Shown here: one piece after another, positions 48,760 through 61,576 of the stretch
Position numbering within the stretch: position 1 is the stretch's first letter
How the letters are laid out: each line of letters begins with the position of its first letter
Origin: Octopus bimaculoides
Lineage: Eukaryota
Assembly: GCF_001194135.2 (NCBI RefSeq)
Contig: NC_068996.1
Coordinates: forward strand, 55,055,301-55,119,300
Length of the DNA stretch: 64,000 nucleotides
Direction: 5' to 3'
Translations under genes and position numbers: made by a program
Notes under the pieces: generated by a model
The model's database searches: none
Told to the model about the DNA's origin: nothing
What the model saw: only the letters and a program-made list of their open reading frames with translations

Positions 48760-49260
48760 ACATCATCATCATTTAACGTCTACCTTCCATGCTGGCATGG
48801 GTGGGATGGTTTGATTGGAGCCGGCCAGGCAGAAGCCTGCACCAGACTTTTGTGTCTGTTTTGGAAGGACTTTTACAGCTGGATGCCCTTCCTAACATCA
48901 ACCACTCAGCAGGGTGGACTGAGTACTTTTTATGTGGCACAAGCACAGGTGAGGTCAGTTTTGGTAAGGTTTTTACAGCTGGATGCCCTTCCAAAATGCC
49001 AACCACTTTACAGTATGGACTGGGTGCTTTTTAAGTGGCACCTATACTGACAGGGTCACCAAGTAACCTGCAAGAGAAAAATCTTTTGAGAGGGGAGGGG
49101 ACATTGGAGGAGGGGATCTTGTGTTAGATGATGAAAGGTTATAGTGAGACAGAGACACAGAAACAAGTGTCTTGATGTAGAGGAAGTACAAGGTTACCTG
49201 GCTGGAGAGAGAGAGAGATGAGGAATGAAGACAGAAACAGGTGTGGTGTTGCAAAGGAGA
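48760..49260 (-). mobile_element. RTE-LINE 3' end, variant subfamily
   Basis: Colinear with 18780-19200. Confidence 0.75.
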
Positions 49261-49302
49261 TATGTGGTTTGCAGCAGAATACCTGTTTCTGTCTTCATTC
49301 CT
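49221..49302. repeat. Perfect 22-bp inverted repeat, 38-nt partly self-complementary spacer
   Basis: aggaatgaagacagaaacaggt (49221-49242) versus acctgtttctgtcttcattcct (49281-49302). Confidence 0.92.
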
Positions 49303-51249
49303 GATGCATAATAAGTTCTTTTATAATAAAGATTTACAATTATCATCAACAAGATGTCCATTTTCCACGTTTATCTGATGGAATTTGTAGATGCAAATTT
49401 TCTATGGCCAAATACCCTTCCTTTGCCAACCCTGACCAATTTCCAAGCAGACAAATGTTTATCACAAGGAAACTGGAAAGGATCAACATTATTTGTATGG
49501 TGATGATGATGATGATGATGTTTGTTTACATCCATCACATAATGTCAAGATAAGGAAACACATGAATTTCTCTCACTTTCCATCAATCAAATCCACTCGC
49601 AAGGCTTTGGTCAGTCTGGATCAAGGTGCTGCATGGTGGGAGTGGACCTGAAAACATGGCTTGAGAAGCAAGCTTCTTAACCACAGAAACAGGTGAGAGT
49701 TGGTGACAAGAAGAGCATCTGGACATAGAAAATCTGCCTCATCAAATTCTGTTTGACTCATGCAAGTGTGGAAAAGTGAACCTTCAATGATGATGATGAT
49801 GATGACATTATGCAATGGAAAACTCTGCCTGTGAAATATTTCAGAGTTAAAAAACATCTGTTAATTTCAGGACTTCAGTTCCACTAGCTGTAGTTTAAAG
49901 GGGGCTTCATGAAGTAAGAAAAAAAACAAAAACAAACTCCAGAATATGGATCAGAAATTGCAAAAGGAGAGTTGTCAACTGCTTCAAGCAACAAATGGAT
50001 TCACTAGACATAGGCTCGGTCATCTTATTGCAAGAAAATATAAAATAAAAAATAAATTCAAACATCAAAGAAACTAGAAAACAAAAAAGAAAAAAAAAAA
50101 ACAAAGAAAAAGAAGCTGAGGTATTGTGAAACATTTATTTAACGATAACATCAAACTACTTTACATGATCACAGATAAGCAGTATCTGAGACAAAAAAAA
50201 GGGGGGGGGGGCAGCTGGATAATAATAATAATAATAATTAATAAATTAATAATAATAATGATTTCTTTTATGCATTCAAAGAGTTTATGAATAACAGAGA
50301 GAGAGAGAGAGAGTATTTACAGGCTTAATAAATAAAATATTTAGCAAAATTTCGTATGTCTGTGTGTGTGTAATTTATATTAATATTTTTTTTTTCTAAT
50401 TAGAGGTATAGCTGCCACCCCTCAACCAAATTAATTATATTCTGCAAAAGTTGAGGTGACATAACACTTTTTTTTAGTTGTCTTAGTCAACCATTATTAG
50501 CAATATTCTTCAAATTTTGGGATTTACATTTTAATAATAATAAACTTTCCATTCAGTAGAATGAAATTTTAATATTGTCAGTGTCTTTTTTAATGGGGGG
50601 TGTTTAATTTTGTAGAATAAATCTTTACATTCTTTTTTTATTTTAGATGTAAAAGCGAAATAAATAAATAAATAAATAAATAAATGGAATAAAATAAAGG
50701 AAACAATGGAATTATTAAGATTGAAGGTTGAAGCTGAGAAGGGAAGATTTGTAACAAAACAATGAAAGTTTATATTCCTAAAAACGGATGAAACATGAAG
50801 AGACATGAAGAGCAATATCAGTCTTCTGTTTAAAAACAAAACAAACAAAAAAGAAACCCAACAAAACAACAGTGAGGTATAATCAACAATATTAAACAAA
50901 TAATAAATTTGTTTTTCTTGTTTTTGTTTTCTTTGTAAGTCACTGAATTAGAAAATTAACAAGCACAGGTTTCACCAAGTTAATAATAAATAAATAAATA
51001 AATAATTTATGACTAAACTACCATCTTAGCAGTTTAGTAAAGAATAAAAAATTAAAATTAAAATTAATCAACAACTAAAAATATTGGTCCATAATCTAAA
51101 CAAATTCTATAATTTTATTGATTAAGAAGGTGGAGTAACAGAATTAGAATCGGTGGAGCACCGGACAAATTGCCACGTGGTATTAAGTATTTTTCTGAGT
51201 TCAAATCCTACTGGATCAAATTTTACTGTTTTCACAACCCTTCAGAAGT

Positions 51250-52235
51250 TGTTGATATTGTTATGTAGACCCAGATCGACACTGATCTCTTACCAGAGAG
51301 TTATGCCATGTAAGTAGTCGGCCAAACAACTAGGTGGAATGCCTCAGAATTATTGTTCTAGATTATCTCATAATACCACTGTCTGAAGACCAAACTGTAC
51401 GGTCAGACATGCAATGGTTAATTATAGGAGGTGCTGCAGTCTGACCGGACATCTATTAATCCAATCTGGTGGTGGCTACAGTAAAGGTGGGCAAGGGTAG
51501 ACTTGGTCACAGTGCAGCAGTTGCTGTTCTTCTGGTGTGCATCCCAGCACAGAGTTTTAGAGTTAATAAAAGGTACCGACGTTGCAGTCATCTATGTGTG
51601 TATGTGTGTGTAGGTGCATGGCTTTTATGTGAGTGGAAGCGTTAGCACAATGTTGTTGATGTATCTGTGTGTTCGGGTGGGAATGTGATTGTAGATACAA
51701 TGACAGAGATGGCGTCCTTCACATAATATATTAGTAATATTCTTTGTTTCATTGTGTAGACACTGTGTGGGTGTGGTCTATGTGCAACTTGTGAAAAGAC
51801 AGAATGTAGTAGTTTGTTTGTAGTTTGTGGTGAGAATATTGGGGACCCAGGCACAATTGGCATAATCCATCATGGATTAAATATGTTATTTGTACACAAT
51901 TGTTATTGATTCTTTCTGTTGGCCAAATGTGTTACCTGTGATTTCTCTAAAATATCTATGTGTATTGTTTTGCTTATTTTACACTGTCTTCTATGTGTTC
52001 TGTGAATATTCTGAAAGTGCTGTGTGCAAGTCCTTGTAGTTTTGTCTTATATGTCTCATATTTATGCTGTTGAGTTGTGATGGTGGGTTGTAATTGTGTA
52101 ATTCATGTATGGTAAAAAGGGAGATGGGATTACTTCAGGTGTTGTGTGTTGCTTTGGAAACAGGATTCTAGGCGACTTGATGAAGTGTTTCAGTTGTGCA
52201 CTATGGATGTCGAATGCAGGAAAGATCTCAGTGTG

Positions 52236-52283
<48 letters not shown>

Positions 52284-52410
52284 ATATCAACTATGCATGA
52301 GGCAGTGTGTATGCTTTGAGGAGGTGTTGAAAGGTTGTGTAAATACATGTTAAAAAGAGAGGCTGAGAGGACGGATCCTTGTGTTACTCCATTCGGGAAA
52401 TTAAAAATTA
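51250..52410 (-). mobile_element. Degenerate non-LTR RT fragment (Jockey/I-like) interrupted by (CA)n
   Basis: NGVTQGSVLSASLFNMYLHNLSTPPQSIHTASCIVDIT (GVPQGSVLSP.LF...YADD), followed directly by a (CA)n tract. Confidence 0.6.
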
Positions 52411-52580
52411 TATATTTGTACCCCACAAAGGCTTGGCAACCTGAGAAATAGTTTAATAGGCAGCCAGTATTTTATGTTCTTTTTTGTTTTTACCACATGT
52501 AGCTTGTGGAAAGTGGGTAATCGAATAAAACATTTTGCTAATGTCAATGATAATTAAAACAGTGTATGTAGAATTTGTTA

Positions 52581-52586
52581 TTTATT
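52581..52586 (-). promoter_or_regulatory. Candidate polyadenylation signal for NEURL4
   Basis: First AATAAA on the - strand about 130 nt after the stop codon; such hexamers are common in AT-rich DNA. Confidence 0.3.
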
Positions 52587-52714
52587 ATTTGAGCTACCAT
52601 GTATCTTTTGTGAAACGTGTGTGTGTGTGAGGATATGTGATGATGGGAATTTTGTTAGTTGGGATTTTCTTCACATGTTAGCTTGTTCCTCTTTCTATCT
52701 ACACAAGTTTGAAC

Positions 52715-52919
52715 CTATTCAACTTTAATTAAAAGTGATGCAAGCATTATTGAACCTCGCTCTTTGGTACTCCATTCAATTTCATTATTGCTGAATCTTG
52801 GATCAAATTGCTCATTGGAACCTATTGATGATGGACCAACTTTGTATGAGGATGGTTTTACCCACACTTGGAATGCTACTTGTGCTTGATGAGATTTTTT
52901 AGTTTTAGGATCTATGAAT
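52715..52919 (-). CDS. NEURL4: NEURL4 last coding exon
   Basis: gtttttcag acceptor; [29 protein letters not shown]...FDPRFSNNEIEWSTKERGSIMLASLLIKVE* closely matches the human C-terminus [25 protein letters not shown]...ELEWVTKEKGATLLCALLVRVE. Confidence 0.96.
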
Positions 52920-53109
52920 CTGAAAAACACAAAATAAATAAATAAATACATAAATACAATAAAGAATCAGAGCAGCATCGAATAAACATCAATGTTCAAT
53001 GCATAATGATCTATTTTAATGATCTATTTTAATACACACGTGTGACACACACACACACAAATATCTGACTGAACACATCACTGCAATCATGTATCAAGAA
53101 CCTTAATGC

Positions 53110-53299
53110 ATACAGGTGTAAGCATGGCTGTGGGGTTAATAAATTCACTTTGCAACCATCTGGTTTTGGGTTCAGTCCCACTGCACAGCAACTTGGAGCA
53201 GTGTCTTCTACTATAGCCTTAGGATGATCAATGACCCTCTCAATGAATTTTGTAGTTACAAACTGCAAAGGAACCTGTCACATGTGAGTGTGTGTGTGT

Positions 53300-53335
<36 letters not shown>

Positions 53336-53500
53336 CAGCTTGACAACCAGTGTTGGTTTGTTTAGATTCCTGTAACTTAGCAGTTTGGCAAAAGAGACCA
53401 ATAGAATAAGCAGCACAGAGATTGTTGTTTTAACTGACTAAACCTATCAAGTCAGTGCCCCCAGCATGGCCATAGCCCAAATGGCTGAAACTAGGAAAAG
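53110..53500 (+). mobile_element. SINE family B with expanded (TG)n centre
   Basis: Head and tail match 57002-57428. Confidence 0.75.
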
Positions 53501-53644
53501 AATAACAAAAATAAAAGTATTAAATTATTTCAAGTATTAATATAAATATCCAATATATAAATCACACACAATTCACACTTTGGTGGTTCTGTTTGTTATA
53601 TTTCTCAGCACCATCAAGCATTACTTGATTCACATAATCCTTTC

Positions 53645-53920
53645 ATCATCATCATCATCATTGTTTAACGCTGGCATGGGTTGGACAGTTTGACTGAGGA
53701 TTGGCAAGCCAGTAGGCTGCACCAGGATCCAATCTGATCTGGCAATGTTCTACAGCTGGATGCCCTTCCTAACACCAACCACTCAGAGAGTATAGTGGGT
53801 GCTTTTTACGTGCCACCAGCATGGGAGCCAGTCAGGTGGCACTGGCAATGACCATTCCTAAAATTTTTTTTTTCATACCACCGGCATGGGTGCCAGTCAT
53901 GCAGTACTGGCATCAGCTAG
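53645..53920 (-). mobile_element. RTE-LINE 3' end
   Basis: (CAT)n plus ggcatgggttggacagtttgactgagg... Confidence 0.8.
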
Positions 53921-55789
53921 TATGATAAACCACAAAAGTTAGTTAATCATTAATACTTATGAAATGGAACAACAAATCTTTTCTTCCAAGTTTGATAAAT
54001 GAAAAATAATCCACAATCTTCATCATCATCATCATCATCATCATGGGTCCAGAATTTGTTGAGGCAGATTTTGTACAGCTGGATGTCCTTCCTGTTGCCA
54101 ACCCTTACCTGGTTCCAAGCAAGTTAACATTTCCCCTCCATGGCAAGACACATTTTTCACAGAAGATTAGAAATAAATGGCACTTCTTGAATGACGTGCT
54201 CATTTACAAATAAGGAAACACACACAAGGCTTCTTTCAGTTTCTATGTACTAAACCAACTCACAAAACTTTATATGTCCTATGGCTATAGTAGGAGACTA
54301 GTTCAAGGTGCCAAACAATGAGACTGAACCCAAAACCATACAATTTGGAAGCAAACTTCCTAACCACACAATCATTCCTGCATCGCAATATAAAATTAAA
54401 CAAATGAAAAAAAAAAAAAACTTTTTTGTTTTCTAGATATTATGCAATAGAGTTCTTTGAATTGAAAAGGATTCTTGAAAGAATAAAATATGGAATATAT
54501 TTTGGCCAAATGTCAAAGAGGAAGTTCAGGCCATAGGTACCATAAAACAAAAAATCAGGAAGTAAATTACCATTATGTGTTGTTCTTTTTATCTCCACCC
54601 CACTCCCCAGATCTGTATCGAAATAATTTTCGTTTATAACATGTAAATGGTTGTAGTTTCAATGAATTTAATAAAAAGAAAAAGCTCTTATAAATTTAAG
54701 AGATTTTTAGTAGTTAAAACACAAAGCAACAACAACAACAACAATAATATCTAACAGTGACTGTTAACAGGTGAAGTGGTCTTTAAGTTCTATTGTGTTT
54801 AAATAATCAAATGTTTTTGTTTGAAAACAGAATACTTTTTATTTCACAAATTGGTACATCAAAATGTTAGATTTTTCATTGTGTAGTTTAAGTGAATTTG
54901 AAAAAGTTGAACAGTGTGTGTGTGTGTGTGTGTGCGTGCGTGTGCGTGTGTGTGTGTGTGTGCGTGTGCATGTGTGTGTGTGCATATTTTGTGGCTCTTT
55001 TTCCTTTGGTTAGATGAATATATTATTAAGGCATTATTTTACAGCTGCATGCCCTTCCTTCTGCAAGCCCTGATTTGGGATATTTCCCTGTCTTTGAAGG
55101 TACAAGACCAGCAGCCAACACATTAACATGGAAAAAGACATCACTATTCACAACTGAGCAATTTTCAGAAAAGAATGAATGTAAACAAACACAAAGGTAT
55201 ACATATGCACACTTATATACGATAGAGGCTTCTTTCAGTTTCAGTCCATTGATAAGGTTTTGGTCAGCCCAAGGCTATAGTAGAAGACACTTGCCCAAAG
55301 TGCTGCATATGAGTGAGACGTGATTAATTTCCTGTTGTGTCTCTTCTTCCATAAGATTATCATGTCTGCAAAGGTGCCAAGAGACTAAATGAAGTTCATA
55401 ATTCTGGTTTTGTATATCAAATGGATGTGAAATAAATCTCCACCTTTATAGAACACCAGTCTATTATAGGGAATATTAACAAAATAATCAAGTGCCTATT
55501 TCCAAACATCAAACAAATTGGAGGGTGTAAATTCATTCTATGTAAGAATGTACATTCCTGGTTTTCTTCTAAACCAAATTAGGATTTATAACCTGCAGAA
55601 GGGATATGTGGACCTAGAAAGTGAAGACGGTATCAGTGTGTTTAGAACCATGTAAGTTCTCTTAATAATACTCAGACTATTTACGTCTAACACCAATCAA
55701 TATGATCAATAAAATCTTCAGTGATGTATATTTGGTAATTAGTGGCACTATCTACCAAATATATATCAGTGAAGGTTTTATTCTTCATA

Positions 55790-56345
55790 GCGTAAATACT
55801 TGGTGATCTTGTTAGTACAGGTGCCACTTAAAAAACATCCAGTCCACACTGTAAAGTGGTTGGTGTTAGGAAGGGCCCCCAGCTGTAAAAACCTTGCCAA
55901 AACTGATCTCGCTTGTGCCATGTAAAAAGCACTGAGTCCACCCTGCTGGGTGGTTGGTATTTGGAAGGGCCCCCAGCTGTAAAAACCTTGCCAAAACAGT
56001 TGCAGAAGTCTGGTGCAGGTTCCTGCTTGGCCAGCTTNNNNNNNNNNNNNNNNNNNNNNNNNNNNNNNNNNNNNNNNNNNNNNNNNNNNNNNNNNNNNNN
56101 NNNNNNNNNNNNNNNNNNNNNTAAAAACCTTGCCAAAACTGATCTCGCTTGTGCCATGTAAAAAGCACTGAGTCCACCCTGCTGGGTGGTTGGTATTTGG
56201 AAGGGCCCCCAGCTGTAAAAACCTTGCCAAAACAGTTGCAGAAGTCTGGTGCAGGTTCCTGCTTGGCCAGCTTCAATCAAATCATCCCACCCATGCCAGC
56301 ATGGAAGGCAGATATTAAACGATGATGATGGTGATGATGACGATG
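55790..56345 (+). mobile_element. RTE-LINE 3' end, variant subfamily, spanning a gap
   Basis: Reverse of the 48760 type; 152 nt identical on both sides of the gap. Confidence 0.7.
56038..56121. other. Assembly gap
   Basis: Run of N. Confidence 1.
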
Positions 56346-57001
56346 ACAGCAGTTGCTCAATTAACTGAACAGCAGGCTCATTGAATTACAGAGAGTAAGT
56401 GGCTGAGTATTCCACAGACATGTGTAAGCTTTCATGTAATACTTAGGTAGAATCAGTGTTACATAGTGCTGGATGTTTTAATTACTGGTACAGCTCATCT
56501 GATAGGATTCCACTCAGTTTCTGTCACACTAATTTCACTAATTAAGTTTTGGTTCATAACTGAAGATATTTACTCAACATGCTACACAGCATGTTGAACT
56601 CAAGAATTCATGATTGCAAACAAAGTTTCTTATCCATTTGGCCATAATTGTGTCTATTTTACTTCTACAACCTCTCCCTCTATCCACCAGCCATTGTTGT
56701 ACACATTTACATCTAAGTGGCCTGAGCTGTCAGTAAAAGTTGAATTAAGTGTCTTTGGTAATAAACATTGTACAGCATTGGTGGAGGCATCTTAACTTGA
56801 ACCTTTCAACTGCTAAACTAAAACTATGTCAATGTGGTTGGCTGTGATGCAAGAAAACAACAGTAGCACGATGTGGTCATTTGTATGTGTTAGAAATAAC
56901 AACTAAATCTTTTCTCAAATCACATCTTACTGCCTTGAATAAAAAACAAAAAGCAAAAAAGAGGTTACTTTAGATTAGCGCTTCTTAAATTTTTTCATTC
57001 A

Positions 57002-57160
57002 GGCACAGGAGTGGCTGTGTGGTAAGTAGCTTACCAACCACATGGTTCCGGGTTCATTCCCACAGCGTGGCATCTTGGGCAAGTGTCTTCTACTATAGCC
57101 TTGGGCCGACCAAAGCCTTGTAAGTGGATTTGGTAGACGGAAACTGAAAGAAGCCTGTCG

Positions 57161-57215
<55 letters not shown>

Positions 57216-57428
57216 ATATGTTTGTGTGTCTGTGTCTGTCTTCCCAACATCGCTTGAAAACCGATGCTGGTGTGTTTATGTCCCCATAACTTAGCAGTTC
57301 GGCAAAAGAGGCCGATACAATAAGTACTAGGCTTACAAAGAATAAGTCCTGGGGTCAATTTACTCGACTAAAGGCACTGTCCCAGCATGGCCGCAGTCAA
57401 ATGACTGAAACAAGTAAAAGAGTAAAAA
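57002..57428 (+). mobile_element. Complete tRNA-derived SINE (family B)
   Basis: Box A-like gtggctgtgtggtaag and box B-like ggttccgggttcattccc, central (TA)n/(TG)n, conserved 3' domain ending gaaacaagtaaaagagtaaa. Confidence 0.85.
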
Positions 57429-57750
57429 GAGAGAGAGACCCCGTTTTTCATGACTCCAAATAAATACATAAATCATTTATTTTTTTGCTGAACAAAATTT
57501 GATTTTTGCAACCCCAGCATTTTGCTTCGCGACCCCTTTTGGGGTCATGACCCATAGTTTAAGAAGCGCTGCTTTAGATAATCTAGTCATAGATATACAG
57601 TGTTTGAATAAAAGTCAAGAGAGTCATGGCTGGAACGCTTTAATATAAGCTCTGCATAAATAGAACAGACATGATCAAAACAACAACAACAAAAAAGCAG
57701 ATAATATAAAATAACAAAAAAAAAGACAAGGAAGAAGATATGAAACATAC

Positions 57751-57898
57751 TTGTGTCTAGATGAGAAGTATTTAGATCCTGCATAACGAATTGTTGGTGA
57801 AAGAAAGAGTTGTCGACTTAATGAATCGTCAGGCTTAGTTTTCTCTGAGTAATGGAAAGACTGAGCCAGCAGGATGTTGTTACCTGATAATATTTCGG
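57751..57898 (-). CDS. NEURL4: NEURL4 exon (ART-like domain motif 2)
   Basis: tttgtttccag acceptor, GTATGT donor; EILSGNNILLAQSFHYSEKTKPDDSLSRQLFLSPTIRYAGSKYFSSRHK (human LLSPSLQYAG); phase 1-2. Confidence 0.92.
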
Positions 57899-59097
57899 CT
57901 GGAAACAAAAACAAAACTAAAGTTTCAAACATGTCAAGTCAAGACAACATGAATATTCTTACAAAAAACCTAAAACTAATGATGCTTAAAGTTAACATTT
58001 CGAGAATATTTTTAGCAAAATAAAAAGTAGAGTCCATTAAGATTCTATTCTAGTAAGAAATAAAAAAAAAGCGAGGGTGAATGGAGTGTGGTGGTATGGG
58101 GATGTGTTGAGGAGTGTTGAGGAGGGACGAGGAGTATGTTCTGAAGAGGGTGCTAGAGTTTGAGGTAAATGGACAGCGAAAGTGAGGTAAACCGAGGAAA
58201 AGATGGAGGGGACAGGTGGAGGAGGAGATTGGGAGGGTTGGTTAGAGAAGGGAGGACGCCCAAATCTGAGCAAGATGGTGTGAGGGTGGTTGCTATGGTA
58301 CTGAGGTAGATCTGGCCAACCCCCATTAACGGGGACAAAACCCGGATTTGATGATGATGATGATGATGTAGTAAATTTAGGATTCTCATGTTCAACAGAG
58401 GGACATATCAAATAATGTTGTGTTAGATACACCATGTGTAATTAAAAGAAGTGATGGTCACAGCTGGAGCACACTAGATCAGGACTGACTAGATCCAGTA
58501 GACTTTAGTCTTTCGTTAACTTTTTAATGTGAACATGATAAAGTTAATGAGAAACATCTACATGTTGAGAAAAACACAATATTAGTCAATGACTAATATC
58601 ATTTTAATTAGTCTAGAAAATATGGGAAGACAATTTTGAGCATATTTCAGTCTCATTACACCTTCTCAGCAAAGTACAAACTTTCACATACTTGCCAAAG
58701 CAGTGATGTGTGAACCACTAAATAATACGATATAGTATGTTAGTTAGCATAAGAATTTAGTATGTTCCAAAAGATAAATTCCTGAAAGAAACTGGTAAGT
58801 ATAGTAAAGACTATGATTTGCTTAGGATGGTTTTAATAAGAACAATATATCTCACAATATGAGCACGTGTCCATAGAAAACATGTCAAAGTAGATATTGG
58901 GGCTTGATAAATTCCTCCAGCTCAATGGATCCTGTTAAACAACCATCCAACTTATGCCAGCATGGAAGATGGACATATGATGATGGCCTTTCTCACAGCT
59001 GATTCCTTCATATGACATTGGCCAGCCTGGGGCTATAGAAGAAGGTACATAAGGTGTGTGTGTATAAAAGAAATAAACGAAATCCATTCATACATAC

Positions 59098-59213
59098 ATG
59101 ATAAATGTAAATCACCACAATCTAATATTTTCCGAACTGCTTCCAAACGGGTTCCATAAAATGCTGCATGCCATTTTTCAAACATGTTCAAATTGTGAGA
59201 TTTACAAGGTGTC
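59098..59213 (-). CDS. NEURL4: NEURL4 exon (ART-like domain motif 1)
   Basis: ttttctgcag acceptor, GTATGT donor; TPCKSHNLNMFEKWHAAFYGTRLEAVRKILDCGDLHLS versus human [23 protein letters not shown]; phase 2-1. Confidence 0.93.
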
Positions 59214-59649
59214 CTGCAGAAAAATATGAAAGATAGAAATTAACATCAATTTGTAACCAACTTGTAACATTTCTCACTGGAATGTCTGTCAGATATTTTC
59301 CATGAATTGTGCTCAAAACTATTTTCAAACTATCTTGACATTTTTTTTCTTGTTCCAGAAACAGTATCACAATCTAACACTAAAGTTCCAAATACCTCAT
59401 TGTTTTGGACTATTTGAGAAATAATACATAGAATGCAATAAATATAAAATGTCTATTGACTCAAGAAGGAACTTTAAAGGGTTAGTTCTGGATTCATGGC
59501 CTTTAAAATGAATGAAAGGCAATTCCTTCCCACTGCCCTTAGACATGATGCTAACTAACTTTCCTCATTCAGCCCCTATTCCCAAGATGCCATTAACTTT
59601 AACATTATAACCTAATTTTCTCTTTCATCAACAAATTTGTTTTAACACT

Positions 59650-59990
59650 TAACCATGGAGGGAAAAGCATCCCCCATGATAATTCTGTTTGAGCCTCTGA
59701 GAGTGGCAAGAGGAAGTTTTCCTAAAAACTGGATCTCTGGTCTGAATTTCTGCAACAGAGTGAACTTTATCAAAAACATTCCAGAAGAGGAAGGAGGAGG
59801 ATGTGATTGTGTTAATTAAACTGGACAATGGATTATGTCTACCAACCAAGAACTCCGGATGCCAAGAGTTGGGATAAACAGCCTAATTCATCCCACATGA
59901 TGTTCTTACAATTCCATTGATCCATCACAATGGCCAGGTACTTTATTTTATTAACAGTCTAGACTGGGATTATCAGATGTCTCAGAACCA
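59650..59990 (-). mobile_element. Degenerate CR1/L2-like RT fragment
   Basis: SFLFWNVFDKVHSVAEIQTRDP resembles FLDF.KAFDKV.H..L..KL. Confidence 0.3.
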
Positions 59991-60737
59991 ACAATGTGGT
60001 ACAAACACAAACAAATCCAAAGACAGAATATTCAGTGATGCACAAATAATATCGATTATCAATATTTGACTGGCATATATTTTTACCAATGTTAGATGGA
60101 TGAATGGCAAATTGTCTTTAGCCCAATTTGAACCTTGAAACAAATAGATACCGAATAAAATGCTTTATTGGGTCAGTCTGTAAGACAAAGTTGATGGTGG
60201 TGGGAATTGAAACATGGAACATTAAAAAAGCTGCATCAAATACAGCCCAGCGTTTTTACAATTCTGCCAATCCACTGGTTGTAATGTTTCTTGTATTATA
60301 TTTTGAGGGGAGGAGCTGAGTCAAAACCATCAACCCCCCCCCACTACTTGACTGTATTGAACTTTATTGAGCCAGGAAGAACAAATGGTAACATAGACCT
60401 TGATGGATTTGAACTCATAATGTAAAAAGACAAGAACAAATATTGCAAGGAATATTTTGGTCTGATATTGAGTGTTCACCACCATAATGGTAAATAGTAA
60501 TTGTTTATAACAGAGGTAGAAGGAATGGAATTTGGAAGAGTGAAATTAATTGATACCTTAATTGATTACTTTAATCAACAATAAAGGGATGAAAGACAAG
60601 GTTGGTGGGATTTGAACTCAGAACATAAAGAGCCAGAACACACATACTGCAAGGCTCTAATAATTCTGCTAATACACCACCGTGGTGGTGTTGGTGGTAG
60701 TAATAGTAGTAGTAGTAGTAAAAAACTGTGATCTTAC

Positions 60738-60876
60738 TTGAGTGAAAAACGGCACCACCCACAAGGTACAGCATATTCCTTTGGTGGATCACCTCGTTTA
60801 TAGTACAATTCATCTCCACGTATCTTATGACAAGTTTCACAATAACACATATTATACTGCTTACTGAAATAACCGT
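60738..60876 (-). CDS. NEURL4: NEURL4 exon
   Basis: ttttccag acceptor, GTAAGA donor; DGYFSKQYNMCYCETCHKIRGDELYYKRGDPPKEYAVPCGWCRFSLK matches human [37 protein letters not shown]; phase 1-2. Confidence 0.95.
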
Positions 60877-61097
60877 CTGGAAAACACAAACGTACATAAA
60901 CAAATAATTACCATATTTCCAAAACAGAAAATACAAAGACAATGAAAAATTCAAATAAAGACATTCTAGGTTCAGTGTATTCCATACAGGAATCAGAAAT
61001 ATAAACATACAATGTTTATCACTTTCCTAAGAGTGTTAATAATGCTCCCACTGATAACTTGTCACATGTAAATTAAGAGTAGAGCCCTCCAGATAAT

Positions 61098-61576
61098 CAG
61101 GCCAGAATATACCCCATGCTTGTGGACAAATAACACATATATACCTCACTCATAAAAGTTGCCTCAGAATATATATAAAATTTGATATCACTCAATGAAG
61201 AATTAAAAATTACATGTAAATTTTGATTTAAAGATAGCAATTTAGAATTATCAAATGCAAAATACTTTAAAATGTACCAACATAAATCCAACATGAATGG
61301 CCACATTTGCGCAAGTCTAAGCTATGACTCATAATACAAGTGGGTTGCGCAGCATGCGTGAGTCATCAGGTTTTTTCCAATCTACCTCTACATAGGGCTT
61401 ATATTGGTACATTGAATATTTTGCATTTGATAATTCTAAATTTCAATGTTTAAATCGAAGTTTACATGTAACTTTTAATTCTTCATTGAGTGATATCAAA
61501 TTTCATATATGTTCTGAGGCAACTTTTATGAGTGAGGTACATCTGTGTTATTTGTCCGCAAGTATATTCTGGGCTG
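61098..61576. mobile_element. Foldback element/MITE with ~175-180-bp inverted arms
   Basis: 61102-61285 is the approximate reverse complement of 61399-61572 (for example cctcactcataaaagttgcctcagaa / ttctgaggcaacttttatgagtgagg; tgatatcactcaatgaagaattaaaa / ttttaattcttcattgagtgatatca). Confidence 0.9.

Noticed and set aside
49900-51100. Exon-like acceptors and short ORFs in an A-rich block
   Set aside because: No phase-consistent chain or recognisable protein; low-complexity poly-T tracts on the - strand mimic acceptors.
51380-51415. Second hammerhead-like motif (CTGAAGACC...GGTCAGAC)
   Set aside because: The GAAA core is absent and flanking stems are not convincing by eye.
55886-56273. 152-bp exact direct repeat
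   Set aside because: Identical copies lie on either side of an N gap, typical of unmerged overlapping contig ends.
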